Positions 26,201 to 38,761 of a stretch of DNA of 64,000 nt are shown here, piece by piece. Each line of letters opens with the position of its first letter. Position 1 is the stretch's first letter. Source of the stretch: Styela clava (lineage: Eukaryota); NCBI RefSeq assembly GCF_964204865.1, contig NC_135251.1, forward strand, positions 13,144,001 through 13,208,000, given 5' to 3'. The notes under the pieces are model-generated. The model was not told the DNA's origin and made no database searches. It saw only the letters and a list, made by a program, of their open reading frames with translations. A program made the translations under genes and the position numbers.

Positions 26201-29200
26201 AAATGGCAGACAATCATTACACAAAAACATTAATAAAAAATTATGGATTTGTACCTTGGAAAAAATTGATACAATCAACGAAAAGCAAATGGGAGGTATA
26301 AATTGTATATCATAGTGAAATTACTTTATTTTGAATTTACTTATTTGATGTGTAAATATTTGGGTTTCAAGACGACAAAATTTATTTGAAACTATTTAGA
26401 ACAGGGGTGTGCAACCTTTTTCGCAGGCGGGCCAAATATCAATAACCGGGTTAAACCGCGGGCCGCACCCACATTTCACACAGGCTTTCTATTAGTTGCA
26501 GGCACAAAATGGTGTCTTTTTGTTATTGATCTCATGGTCCTTACAGAAATGATGAGTTAGAACGCATTAAGTTCTTAGAACTGTAATTTAAAGATATATA
26601 TTGTTGCACCCAATTTAAACAAATTCAGTGAGAAATTTTCTGCTGGATTCTTTTCCCGACTACTTTTATCCAAATTTGCTTAAATGGAAGTGCTAGCAAT
26701 TCGATGCGACGCCCATTTTAGAACAAAAATAGATTACCGAAAAGTGCCATATTTGAAGCCATGACTTTTTCAAATGTGGGAAGTAACTTGATTGAGAAGT
26801 TTTCAGTAAAATGCGCCAAGTTTCATTTCCAAATAATTTGCTGTCAAATCTTATTCTAGGTTCGATTTAGACAACATCAACTGATAGGCTGGAACCAAAA
26901 CTCATTTAGCTATTTTATCTTTTAATATTAAAATTTTTCAAACTGCTATTCAGTTGCCTCCGCGGGCCGCACAATTTTCCCTTGCGGGCCGCATTTGGCC
27001 CGCGGGCCGCACTTTGCACACCCCTGATTTAAAACAATAACCAAAGTATTTCAATGAAAAATTGAAAAATCAAAATACCTACACGTTTTCTTCATTTCCT
27101 CAGGACAGCGTTTGTATTAATTTAGGTAAAAGAATTTTGATATGTTTTGTGCAACTAATGGTGGGCATATAATGATGTATTAAATGAAATAAAAACATAA
27201 ATAAACGCTGATTAAAAATTAAAAAAAAATGTTTAATAATTATACTGAAAACTGACTTCATAACAAAATTGAAGTTCTAGGAAAGAAGAGAGCGTTGTTT
27301 AAATATATGGAGAAGAAGTCTTTTCATATGCACCATACCTGTACCGAATTAATTAATCTAAGAGTTTCATGTAGCATCAGGTCAAATCGATAACAGCCGA
27401 CACGCTTGGCGGATTAAAAACTGTGTTCCCATGAGAAATAAAAATACAGCAAAATTTTGGATGGAATATCAGACCTCATAAGATTCATAGGAATTTTAGG
27501 GAAAAATAAAATCTCCAACCAATGAAAATTTCGAAGCAATTGGTCCATTAGTGAATGAGAAAAGCATTTTTCATAAGGTAACAACCAGAATAACAACAAC
27601 AACAACATAATAACAAAAGATCCATAGTTCCACTTCATGCCCAATAATCATTGATATTGACATATCACATTTATTAGTTGTGAGAGCACTGAGCACTGAA
27701 ATCAATAATGACCTTGTATGTCATAAGTGTTTATTGCTCAACGCTTGCTCTTAGCTGATCGGTATTGATCATTAAACTGCTTGATAGTGTATTCTCATTT
27801 TTTGTATGTTACTTCTAGGTAGCTGTATTTCATCACAGAAGTATTCTTATGAGAAAAGTTCTATTTGAGTGGAAAATTGAGAGTGAAAGAGCAAGAGAAG
27901 AGAGAGAACAGAAAGCAGATAAACTTTATAGACTTATTTTGCTTCGGTGAATAGAAATTGAAAAAATATCATTTACTTGGTTTTTATTGAAACTTTATAA
28001 GAGATTTTAAGCAAAAAATGTTTTTGTAATTTTTAATTTCTCTACGTAAATAACAGGCTATACAGCGAAATCTATAGTTTTTATCTGGATTTTTATTGAA
28101 AAGGTTTTTGATAACTTTGTATTTATTTCTCCAGTTTCAAATAGTATTTGGTTTTGATTTTTGATCTCTCATCCTAGCTTATCTATTATAACAGTCATGT
28201 TTTTATTTAAATAATTCTTTACTGTCAATGTCAAATTGATTATGCCAAAAAGCCCAAGATAGTCAAAATGTTGCATTATATGTCAACATACTTATCTTGA
28301 GCTTACTTGTAGTAAATATATATAGTCTGATAATTTCTATCATAAATTCCAGACGAGGGATGCGTTCCTGGATGAAATATGGTGAAAGAATGGAAATATT
28401 GGAACAGAAAGCAATTATTCATCGGAATAAAGTTCTGAGAAAGAAATACCTCAAATATTGGGTTGATTACACAACAGGTAGTAGGCTTCGTTAATTTAGC
28501 CACTGGGATCAGAACAAAATAAATAAACCAATAATTCAATTACCATTTATTACTGAAACAAAGATGTTAAAAATGTTAACATTTTCAGTGAGTTCATATA
28601 ATAACAATTGATTACTGAAAGTTTGGGATCTTTAGCCAGTTTTTAAGGTTTATTTAAATACAGACCATTTCCAAGCCATGTGAGTTTTAAGTAATAATTA
28701 TTATCTATAACTGTTATCAAATCTGAAAATATGTACTATAAGGTTTAAATCAACATATTTATTAGCAATTTTGTGGTTTTCATTTATTTCACCTCGAAAT
28801 TTTAACCTTACTCAATATCACTTGACGAAAGGGTTAATAAAATAACTATATATATCCAAACTTTTTGTCAATTTGCACTCAAGCAATTGCCTATCCAACA
28901 TTATTTTATTTTATTGGAAACATATTTTTGTTTGTTAATTAATACCAATTGCAGTATATGTGATGCTGTACACTAATATGTGTTTGCTGTTGACAGTTGA
29001 AGCCTCAATTTGAAAATGCTAAGTAACTCAGTAACAGTAACTGCTTGACTGAATGGGCAAAACCTGACCTCCTTTTTGTTTATAATACTCATGAAATAAT
29101 TATTGCTTTCAGATGAAAAACTTTCTGAATGGGACAAAGAAGCCCGAGCTGACGCTCATAATCGCACTCGTCTTCTGCGACGAGTTTTTAACGTTATTCG

Positions 29201-29360
29201 TTCTTATCGTGAATTGATTGTGAAAGAATCAGAGCGAAGAAAGCGACTTGGAGAAATGAGACGGAAAGTCAGTCAATTGTTGCCAGATTTTCAGTATTCA
29301 CAAGATTCATTCACCAGTGATATGGCTGGTGATGAAATTGATGAGAATTTTGATAATTAA
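17217..29360 (+). CDS. CCDC191: Coiled-coil domain-containing protein 191 (KIAA1407), ~968 aa, 17 coding exons
   Basis: Exons 17217-17401, 18194-18370, 19074-19413, 19765-19884 (GC donor), 20237-20363, 20660-20884, 21448-21554, 21942-22031, 22340-22460, 22835-22930, 23387-23598, 24451-24641, 25426-25696, 26152-26295, 27819-27946, 28353-28477, 29113-29360 join in frame (2907 nt). Motifs WLEKVEAAT, DHxxxxAEAQELVSDWM-like, KPKHAWQVT and Sfi1-like Trp repeats (FSTW, WNAW, FFTW, FVPW) recall CCDC191. AATAAA at 29559. Confidence 0.85.
17418..17617 (+). mobile_element. ~210-bp dispersed repeat (MITE-like) with an internal GGTTAGG(G/T)TTAGG motif; intron 1 of CCDC191
   Basis: ggtactcccatag...accaggttaggtttaggccataattttattccg...ttacctccatattggtacacacac; further copies at 23083-23234 (-), 25155-25366, 45922-46129. 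Confidence 0.7.
19520..19713 (-). mobile_element. tRNA-derived SINE
   Basis: Minus strand A box TGGCCTAGTGG and B box GGTTCAAACCC with no cloverleaf; body related to ~49895-50040. Confidence 0.55.
23083..23234 (-). mobile_element. Copy of the TTAGGG-containing ~210-bp repeat
   Basis: Reverse complement of the 17418/25155 family. Confidence 0.65.
25155..25366 (+). mobile_element. Full copy of the TTAGGG-containing ~210-bp repeat
   Basis: gtactcc...ggagcgcc short inverted ends; flanks tgcaaatc / tgcaaacc look like a TSD. Confidence 0.7.
26402..27026. mobile_element. hAT (Charlie-type) non-autonomous element
   Basis: TIR CAGGGGTGTGCAA...TTGCACACCCCTG, GCGGGCCG subterminal repeats, TSD atttagaa/atttaaaa. 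Confidence 0.85.
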
Positions 29361-30183
29361 GATATTTCAGACTGAGAATGTTTTTCCATGGTTCGATGCA
29401 CATGATTGAACAGTTTAATGTTTTATTACTGCATTTGGTCTATGATCGTTGACCACATTTAACTTTTGTAATGTACTGTATTAAAGCAGATTTTACTTGT
29501 TTTTGAATGATGCTAAATGCTATCAATTTATTAGCTTCCCACTGTAAATTTATGATTTAATAAATAGATCTTTAGTTTTTATGTTGCTGTTTTATTTTAT
29601 TTATTATGAGTAGTGTTGGTTTTTTGAAATCGACAGGAGTGGTGAGAATTGTATAAGTAATGTTCGGCTTAGATCTGCCATAATTCGACTTGAAGCCAGA
29701 ACAGACGAAACATAGGTCCAGAGGGGATTTCGTATATATACAGAATCTATCAAACAAATTTGTTCTTGTCTGATGCAACTGGCGAATTCGAGATCAGTAA
29801 ACAGCAATCAGAAAGCAAATTAGTTTGAGAACAAATTAGTTTGAATTAACCATCAAGCATCAAAGGAAAGTGATTAGGGTACCACAGAAATTCTCATTGT
29901 CGAATTTTCATTAGCGCCTCAATCTTTAATAAAATATGTGGAGTTGCTCTGACGACTAACACCTCAATATTGGCACGGTTAAAATAAAATCTTTGCTTGT
30001 TTGTCTTTCCCAAGTATCATCTTAAACCTGATAAATGTTTGTAGGCATGACAACTATTTCCAAAATATATCATACAAATTAATTATAATTTGGCCTTCAA
30101 TCATTTACTTATTATATATTATCACTACCTGATAGGGGACTAAGGTCCTAAGTACTTAGGGTCTGTAAAACTACTTTTAAAAT

Positions 30184-30600
30184 GCATCAGTTAATAAATG
30201 TTTTGAGTAGCATTTGGACGTAACTTCAACACCGTTAAAAAGCGCCAGTCGTTAAACGTTTGAATAGCATTTCACTGTAACTTCAAAACTGTTAGAAAGC
30301 GTCAGTCGTTGAACGTTTAAATAGCATTTCACTGTAACCTCGATACTGTAAAAAGCGATAGCCGTTGATTGTTTAAACAGCATTTCACCGTAACTTCAAT
30401 ACTGGTAGAAAGCGTCAGTCGTTGAACGTTTAAATAGCAGTTCACTGTAACCTCGATACTGTAAAAAGCGATAGCCGTTGATTGTTTAAACAGCATTTCA
30501 CCGTAACTTCAATACTGGTAGAAAGCGTCAGTCGTTGAACGTTTAAATAGCATTTCACTGTAATTTCGAAACTGTTAAAAAGCGTCAGTCGTTGAACGTT
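30184..30600. repeat. Minisatellite, ~7.3 copies of a 56-58-bp unit, with a 113-bp dimer
   Basis: Unit gcgtcagtcgttgaacgtttaaatagcatttcactgtaacttcaa.actg.tagaaa; 30299-30411 is nearly identical to 30412-30524. Confidence 0.9.
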
Positions 30601-31416
30601 GTTGTGTACGTACGTTGAACGATGAACGTGTACTAAGAAAAGGCGAATTTTGCTTATTTTTATTTCTCAAATATCATCTTTAACCTCTCTATAATTGTTT
30701 GTAGGTATGAAAACTATCTTCAAGAAATGTCATGTAAATCATTCATAATCTGGCATTCAATCAGTAATAATTACTGAAATTTACTTATCTCAGATAACAC
30801 GAAACATTAGTTACATTTGTGTTGGGATTTCTTGCACGACAAATAAACTTATTGTCTATTGCCTATTATTAATATTATTTTTCAGTTTCTCTTGTTATTA
30901 TTTTTTTGTTATTATTTTAACTTTCTGGCGACCGAGAACTTCATGTTCCTGAGGTCATGCCAAGGTCATCGTTTGATAGAAAGTACTTTAGTAAGATGCG
31001 GGATGTTCCAAAAAGAACGTTTTTTGGGGGGCTGTTCTGCATTAATTTTTCCTGGAATATTTTGGACATATTTTACAAATCATTTTCCGATAAGTGCAAG
31101 CCTTAAGTGCTTGGGGCTTCTAAAGGACATGATCTTGTCCTGTCCAAAAGTCATAAGCAAAATATTTGTCATCAACAGTGCACCGAACATAGCTACGATA
31201 GCGAGCGTCTCATTCCCTAATTTAATAATCTATTCATTAATTTACTAGTCTATATCTTGAAAAATGTACCGGAATCTCGTTATATATATACGTAATGATA
31301 AAATAATCAACACAGCAAGTGCTCTATACGGATTTTTATTTCGAAATATTAGAAGACACACTGAATGGCCTGATAAACAGAAATGGTAGAATATTTTTCG
31401 TCGAGGATCATGAAAT

Positions 31417-33496
31417 TTAATGAAGGGAAACCATGTCGGTAAGAGTCTGGTCCAGTTTTTCGCTGATGCCTTTGTACGACAATTTCTCGGCGTAGAGTTG
31501 ATCTGAAAAAAGAAGAAATGAATTAATATAAGTATTTTTCTTTCGCTTGAGTTTGTTAAATTTATATATAATGAAAATCTCCACAGCATAATTCAAATTT
31601 GTGCATAGTATAAGTTCGACTTTGTTGTCTGAGTAAGTAACAAATTTATAGATTGGAATTGAGAAATCAATCATATATGACGTACCTTCGAGATAATCGA
31701 TGGTCTTTTCCAACTTGTCTACAGTTCTTTCAGCAAATTCAGCTCTGGTTTCAGCCTAAATAAATATTTACATAAAATTTCATTTATTAATTTGCAACAA
31801 AATGATACAAATTACAAATCGTTGTTTTATTACTCAAATAATTTATGTTTATTACATCAATATGTCCTTATTTAAACTTACGTTCTTCAGTTTTTCTGAA
31901 AGAACACGAATTTCTTCTTCATATTTATCTTCTTGTTCAGAATTTTTGACAGAGATTGATTCCATGTTTCTCAAAGTTTCTTGGAGTCCTTTCAATTGTT
32001 CGTCAGTGTGCTTCACTTTACTGCAACAAGTATTTTGAATTTTAAGTATTTGGCATCAGGAAAACTAGATATATATAAGGCGATGACCAGATTTCGTCTA
32101 ATTAATCGAAAAAATCCTTTAAAGAATGAATATTCGGACGAAAGTATCAAAATTTTCTATTTTTCTGATATTGAATATGAAAAAAATAGTTCGACGAATT
32201 AGTATAAATTGCCATTTTTCTATTCCCATTTAATTACACTCATGGAATAATATTCTATTACTTACGTCTCATGTTCTTCGGCACGGTCGGTAACACGTTC
32301 CAAATCGTTTTCAACCATGCGAAGTTTTCTGCCGACCTAAAATATAGATGCAGGTAATATATATTATTCTAAATAATTCTGATATGTTGCCTGCTGAATT
32401 TGCATTCCAACCCCGTCAATCAATGAGAAGCTGTATTTCTTATCCCACGTACAAGCGACTATTGCATTTACGATGCCTAATGAAAGCGCTAAATTTGTCA
32501 CATTTTGATTAGAATATGTGGCATGATACTAATTAACGACGTATAATGTATTATACAATATGTTCTATGTTCTCACCTCTTCATATTTTCTGTCAGCATC
32601 TTCAGCAATAGCTTTAGCATCACGAAGTTGGATTTCTTGTAATTCCAAAGTTTCTTCATCCTTGAATGATCTGCTTTCAATAAGTTTTCGGCCACGTTCA
32701 CTTTCTTCGGCTGCTTTCTCAGCAGTTTCAAGTTTATTGAGGGTTTCGTTCAAACGTTCAGTTACTCTGGCTAATTCTTCTTCAAGCAGTTGCAAACGAC
32801 GAGTTTGTGCGTTCACTTCCAATTCAGACTGCAAAACCAAATTTAAAGGGTTAAATCATGAAAAACAGTGATGCTCGATGAGATGACAATTTTTGGATTC
32901 TGACAGTAAATCGAATTGCATTTTTTATATTCTTATTTATTCACTCTCATATCTTCCTGTGATCATTGTAAAAACAGAAGAACCGACGTAACCAATGATC
33001 ACGTGATAAGCCTACTAAATCTTTGCTGTAATATTTGGCAAATGTTCGTATGTTGTGTTGCATATATTTAATTTTACATATATTTTTACATATTCTGGAT
33101 GAAGGTAATAAATTTGACTCACGTCAGTGGCAACTTTTGAAGCCGTTTCGACTTTTTCAAGTGATTCTCTGTTCTGTTCCATAACTTTGTCAAGTTCATC
33201 TTCAAGATTGGTGATTTTGCGGGTGATGGCGTTGATTTCAGATTCAAGCTGTAAAACAAGTTTGAATAAAAACAACCGTTCTTTATTCATGAACAAAATC
33301 GTATAAATTTTTCTTTGTTTTCAAAATTGATAAGACATTCTCCAACATTCTTAGTTTACATCAGTTTCAATGCCTAACTTACCTCTTTGGCTTTGTTTTC
33401 CAAATCTTTCTTTTCGTTTTCTTGGTTGACTGCTTTTTCGACAGCTTCGTCCTTTTCACGGATTAATCCTTCCATTTTGTGCTTGATGGATTCCAT
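31417..33496 (-). CDS. TPM: Tropomyosin copy A, 285 aa, striated-muscle-type C-terminus
   Basis: Exons 33383-33496, 33123-33248, 32577-32828, 32266-32336, 31882-32020, 31686-31755, 31417-31502 (114/126/252/71/139/70/86 nt = vertebrate 1a, 2, 3+4, 5, 6+7, 8, 9); MESIKHKM..., [40 protein letters not shown]. Confidence 0.95.
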
Positions 33497-33586
33497 TTTG
33501 TTCTAGGATTTAGTGAATTACACAACAAAGGATCTTGATACTGGATGGCGAGAAGAAATGATATATCTTTATCGACTGAGAGCGGG

Positions 33587-33647
33587 TTTATATACCGATG
33601 GCCGCGCTTTTGGAACAGCGCATTATCACCAAACGCGAAGTGTGAAA
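33587..33647 (-). promoter_or_regulatory. TATA box (33587-33594) and putative T-box site (33638-33647) of tropomyosin A
   Basis: TATATAAA ~90 nt upstream of the ATG; TTTCACACTT; both conserved in copy B. Confidence 0.55.
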
Positions 33648-33845
33648 TACGCAAGCAGTAGTTTGGTGCTACTGTAGCGAGTACATAAGGATAGTTACTG
33701 TATGTTTCAATATTCTTCACCACTCATTGTTAATAGTGCACGTTATTGACCTGAAACAAGGTTGTTGCTTTTCATATCCTTTATATTTTTCCCTCGCTCA
33801 AGTATTCGTTTTTTGTTAGTTAAGAATTTGATTTCGCTGCATTAA

Positions 33846-35513
33846 AGGTGGGTTATCACGCAAACATTTTTGTAGCAAATTTGATTCTATATAATTTATT
33901 AAGATTTTTGGCGTTTACCGTTTGCATAAAATGGACTTCGTTTGCGAGACTCGAATTTTTAAAAGACGACCCTGTCGAAATCGAACGCAAATTAGTATGT
34001 CCCGTTGATGACGTAGTGGTGAGAACTCGTCGGCGAAACTTTGCATTAGGTCAAAGGCAATTATAGCATTCTGTGTACTCATTTTGCACCGTGTGCTAGT
34101 TCCATTGGGCGGCGCATTTGGAGGAAGCTTTTGTGATTTAAATCAATACCAATATCTTTAAATAATATTATTGCGTTATGAGAAATTGCAGTAAACTCAA
34201 CTAATCGAGGTCAAGACGTACTCGAGTTCTGTGCCGGACCTTTTGCTGCAATATATTTTCTAGTGAAAAAGCGCATAACAGGCCATTTTTATAATTCATG
34301 TGTGTTTACTCTGCTTATCTGATCATATAACTAGTCTTTTTATTATATTTTCGGTATATATAAACTAACTGACTGTACCGGTATATGCGCGAACACTACC
34401 GTAACGTATGGAATGTGTAGTTGGTGGTTACAGCAGATTTCACAGGGATGGATCTGTCTTGAAGCAGAAAACTATAGAGAAAATTTTTGCAAGTAACCTT
34501 TTCTGATGTCTCTCCATGGAACTAAAAGAAAACCTCTAAGTCGAAGGACCGTTTCAGCCTTAAAATTATGTTGGAATCCATGCAAACTTCTACCCACAGC
34601 CCGAAAAAACAATACCTCACGCAGTCATTCAAATCAGTTTTTATTTATTTTTAACATTTTATTACAAGTTTTCATCATATGTAATTCATTCATGCCAATA
34701 AATGTGTTGTCACGAATCTCCAATAGTTGATCGATAACAGCTGGGCTGTGTTGTTAATAGCAGTGTGCACTGGAAAACGAAGTATACAAATTAAATTGAT
34801 AGAACTGACATAAAAAAAAAAGATCAGGATATTATCACCAGACAGTTTAGCAAGGTTCAACATAAAACAGTGTTTTGTTGCATAATAATGTGAAATGAAT
34901 ATAAAAAAAAAACTGAACCATTATTGGGATTCTACGTTTATCTGGTACCGGTAGTAGACTATCACTCTTTTGGTTAATGTACAAATTGGCGATTTGTATT
35001 TGGTTCATACAAAAGTGTGACTGGGTACCATCATGCTTTGACTAAATATTTTATCCAACAGTCGATCAACGAAATAAAGTGGTAAATACTTACTCTAGGA
35101 TCAGTTCTTCAAAGCCTTCTGACGGGCGATCAGTACCGGTACGATCATTACATAAAACACCGTGGCTTGATCCCCTCACCTTCAGAACTTCTTATGCATT
35201 AGCATTTATGCTTAACAATACATTATAGTTTCAATCTTTATTAAACTACGCGATTAGAAACTAGATTTAAACGCCAAAAACAGAGGTTGCACACCTTACT
35301 CGCCAATGGCGAAGGATCTAATTTCTGGAATGAGTTCTCACTACTACGTCATCAAGGCCGTTTCCGAACCTGGGTCGATTTTCGTTGAAGCGGTTTTTAA
35401 AAATTCATAAGTAGAAAACTAAGTCCATATTATGCAAGCGGTAAACGTTAAAATTCTTAAAAAAATATATAGAATCAAATTTTCCACAAAAATGTTTGCG
35501 TGATAACCCACCT
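33846..35513. mobile_element. Kolobok-like DNA transposon (non-autonomous) nested in the 5' LTR
   Basis: ttaa|AGGTGGGTTATCACGCAAACATTTTTGT...ACAAAAATGTTTGCGTGATAACCCACCT|ttaa; ~120-bp TIR; TTAA TSD with RR termini; THAP-like start MECVVGG near 34408. Confidence 0.8.
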
Positions 35514-36580
35514 TTAAGGGTTAAGTGTTTTCAATTTATCTGTATTCGGATTGGATTGTGAAACTTTCAATATACAAACATTCGGCATTCAATATTTTGT
35601 GTGCTTTATTACCTATGACGGAATCCAGATCGGGGTAACATTCCATAACGTGTGTGAATTCAATGACAAGGGAATGCGAACACGCATGTAGGGTTGTCTT
35701 TCCCTATATTTATGGCGATGCCCGTTCGTGATCAATAAGCAATCAATTTCAATTCAACAACTGGAATTTCCTCAATCAAAATGGGACAGAAATTCACCAC
35801 TAATCGAGTCAATGGGCAATACGTCAACTTTTCAGGAATTAAGCAAAAAATCAATCTTCGATCTCAGGCAGTATGTCAATCAAATAAGCAGTCGAGAAGA
35901 TCAGAACGTTTCAGATTTTGACCTAAAACGAAGAATCTGTACCAGGACCTCCTACGATCAGACAGAACTAACTCAACTTCAACTCCTTAGGTTTAACGCC
36001 CGAGTTCACGCTCGTGTATTTTTATTTTCAAGCTTCAACGCCCGAATTCAACAATTCGCGTATATATACAAAACTTTTCTTTGTCAAACATCAACGCCCA
36101 AATTCTTTGAATTTGTGTCTCATTATCAACTTATATATTACAACTAAAATAACTAAATATTTTGTGTGTCAACCGAATGCGGAGATATGGACTCCAGCAG
36201 ATCAATCCGCCTCAGAGAAATTCAAAATTACCAAGACAACTTCATATTATTACTGGATTTGCGAATGTTTTTATCGACATCGTCAAAGCAAGCTACGCGG
36301 AAAATAATATTGATAATATACCAAATCAATTTTGCTGAGCATATAATATACGCAAGCCGATTTATTACACCAAGAAGCAGCATTTAACGCCCTATTGTTT
36401 GACGATCGTCAATGAAACATCCACTTTATTCTCTCAAGTCGACCAAATCATCTATTGCAGCATCATTGGAAAACTAAGTCGAATACAAATACTCGTGGCC
36501 CACGTAAAAGGGTCCTACTTCAACACATGACACGAAAACTGCATTCTCCTCTAGCTGATCTAAGCCGATGTGAACCGAAC

Positions 36581-36754
36581 GGTGACCGTACATTTGAACC
36601 CATGTGTATATCCGCGGGTTCAATCTATATGCGGGTGCTAAAACACATTAGTTAGGGTTAGTATGGGTTCAAATATCCGTAAAACAAAAACAATTTCCAT
36701 AGGTGCAATAGTATATGTAGGTGCAATTGTCGTGGGTTCAAAAGTAATGGAACC
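36581..36754. mobile_element. 174-bp MITE with a 9-bp TSD (Mutator-like) and internal gttagggttag
   Basis: TSD GAACCGAAC (36572-36580, 36755-36763); ~25-bp imperfect TIR. Confidence 0.7.
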
Positions 36755-37227
36755 GAACCGAACACGGGTTTCTGTCGCAAAAGCGCTTTCACATATGTTT
36801 GGAGCGTTGGAGATACGAAAGCTTGTAGAGCTCGCGACTTTCCGAAACACATCGCTACCGAACGTTTGCTACATTACAACTCGTCGGGCAATCTTTTCAT
36901 ATTGGAAATTCCGAGAGTTGGAAAAGTTTTCATAGCTTCGAGGAGTGCCCTCAAAAAACAAAATCTTAACGTCGATATTATCCTTCAAATCAATTATTAC
37001 GTTCATTATTTTTCAAAGCAGAAAGAAGTCGATTGTTTAAATGCGATGGCTTAGTTCTGGGTGTTGTCGAAGATTTTTAAAACGTTTGTAGATATCATCG
37101 CAAAGGATATTGCCTTCAACTGGCGGTATTCTCAATCAAATCGGTTGTCCTGTTTCGTTTCATTAGTTGGTCATCGGCGACTTTGATGCAAAATTAAATA
37201 CACTCATACATGGAAAACAGTTACGAC

Positions 37228-38080
37228 TAGGGATGTAAGTTTCAGAATTTCGAATCGAAGCGATTCGAATCAACGCCAATTCGAATCGATTAGAAGCAAT
37301 TTAAGAAAATGGGGCTTGATTCTATTTAAAAAAAAAATTCAATAGATAACACACGGCAATTTTGCACGACACAACGGCGCCGCCTTTATAACGCCTCCAT
37401 AACCAAAAGCGTTTATTATCCTTACGTCCACAGCTTTCCAAAGCCGTGACACTCCCAGAGTCGTTATATTTGATATTGGTGGCAGCTTTCGAGGGACCAA
37501 TGGTTTCGCTCAATTTTGTCCGACTACCTAAAATGTTACAAAGTTTCACAAATATTTTATACGTTTCTTCAAATTATCTACATAATATTATTATAATAAA
37601 ACATCATCGCTTTATACCTTATTAAAAACATGTCTGCGATGCTTCCCTCGTTATCATTGCTTCTTTCAAAATCATGGCGCATACGGTACTAACTAGCGTT
37701 TATCATTTGGATGAATTTTAAAGATCAATTTTAGAAGAAACAATCGCTATATACCCGGTATTATTTGCAAACATAATTGTATGTGAGTAAATATGTAACT
37801 GAGTATACCTTTATGTAACAAAAAATAAATCTCAGCCGTAATATATTTGGTAGTTGATACATCCATGCAATGTGTTTTTCTAGTAACTTTCTTAATACTT
37901 TAAGCTCAATATTGTTATTTTAACAAAATTTATACTATATATATTTCTTTCAAATTTGAAGAAATTCAACGATAATATGCTGATAAACTAAATAGAATCA
38001 GATTCGGAAATATTCGAATCGGAACATTGTGATTCGAAATTCGACTCGAAAAAAAAAAATATTCGAAACTTACATCCCTA
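37228..38080. mobile_element. hAT (Ac/Tip100-type) non-autonomous element
   Basis: TIR TAGGGATGTAAGTTTC...GAAACTTACATCCCTA, perfect 8-bp TSD GTTACGAC, subterminal TTCGAA repeats. Confidence 0.9.
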
Positions 38081-38761
38081 GTTACGACTTATAATGCAAT
38101 CAGGAATCTTTATTAGCAGGCCTTACAAAATTTAAAAATTGACAAGCTAATTTTTTTCATTGTCGAGGGAATTGTTGTAGCAAGAGTACATAAGGATAGT
38201 TACTGAGTACTGTATGTTTCAATATTTTCACAACTTATTGTTAATAGTGCATGTTATTTGCCTGAAACAAGGCCGCTGCTCTAATTCATTTTCTTTATGA
38301 TATTTTCCCTCGCTCAAGTATTCGTTCGTTCTTTGTTAGTTAGAAATTTGGTTTCATCGCATATACGTAGTAAGGTTTAAGTGTGTTTCGTTATCAGTTT
38401 TTTGGATCAATTCGATTGTGCAACTTTACAATATACGAACATTTGGCATTCAATCTATTGTGTGCTTCTTATTGACCTCTGAAGGAGTCAGTTGTGGTTT
38501 ACTCCGCTAACGGGTGTTTAATAACGCGGGGGTAAGAACACGCAGATAGGGTTGTCTTTCACTATATACTGCCATAGCGCTAACTGTTCATTCATTTGTT
38601 TTCGTCCATTATCATTTGACACAACTTATTGACGAACATAAACAAAAGTTGACAAGACGAGCTCTATATGCTTTTTTATTTCAAAATATTAGAAGATACA
38701 CTGAATGGCCTAATAAACAAACAGAAATGGTAGAATAATTTTTCGACGAGAATCATTAAAT

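Larger units (their letters stand above)
33673..38568 (+). mobile_element. Decayed LTR retroelement (Gypsy-like) inserted upstream of tropomyosin A
   Basis: ~370-390-bp direct repeats TGTAG...CTATA (33673-35708 after removing the Kolobok insert; 38176-38566); PBS-like TGGCGA at 35713; purine tract gaggga before the 3' LTR; TSD ctac/ctgc; empty site in the paralogous promoter at 41018-41021. Confidence 0.75.

Noticed and set aside
30184-30600. Possible CRISPR array
   Set aside because: Whole 57-bp units repeat with no unique spacers, there are no cas genes and the context is eukaryotic; it is a minisatellite
31503-31685. Last intron of tropomyosin A is 183 nt and stop-free in frame (ORF 31417..31713), suggesting a retained-intron isoform
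   Set aside because: The paralogous intron in B is 187 nt with an in-frame stop, and the peptide is intron-like and would break the coiled coil; most likely chance
35728-36387. ORFs inside the LTR element as an intact gag gene
   Set aside because: Fragmented across frames with no convincing conserved domain; at most a decayed remnant
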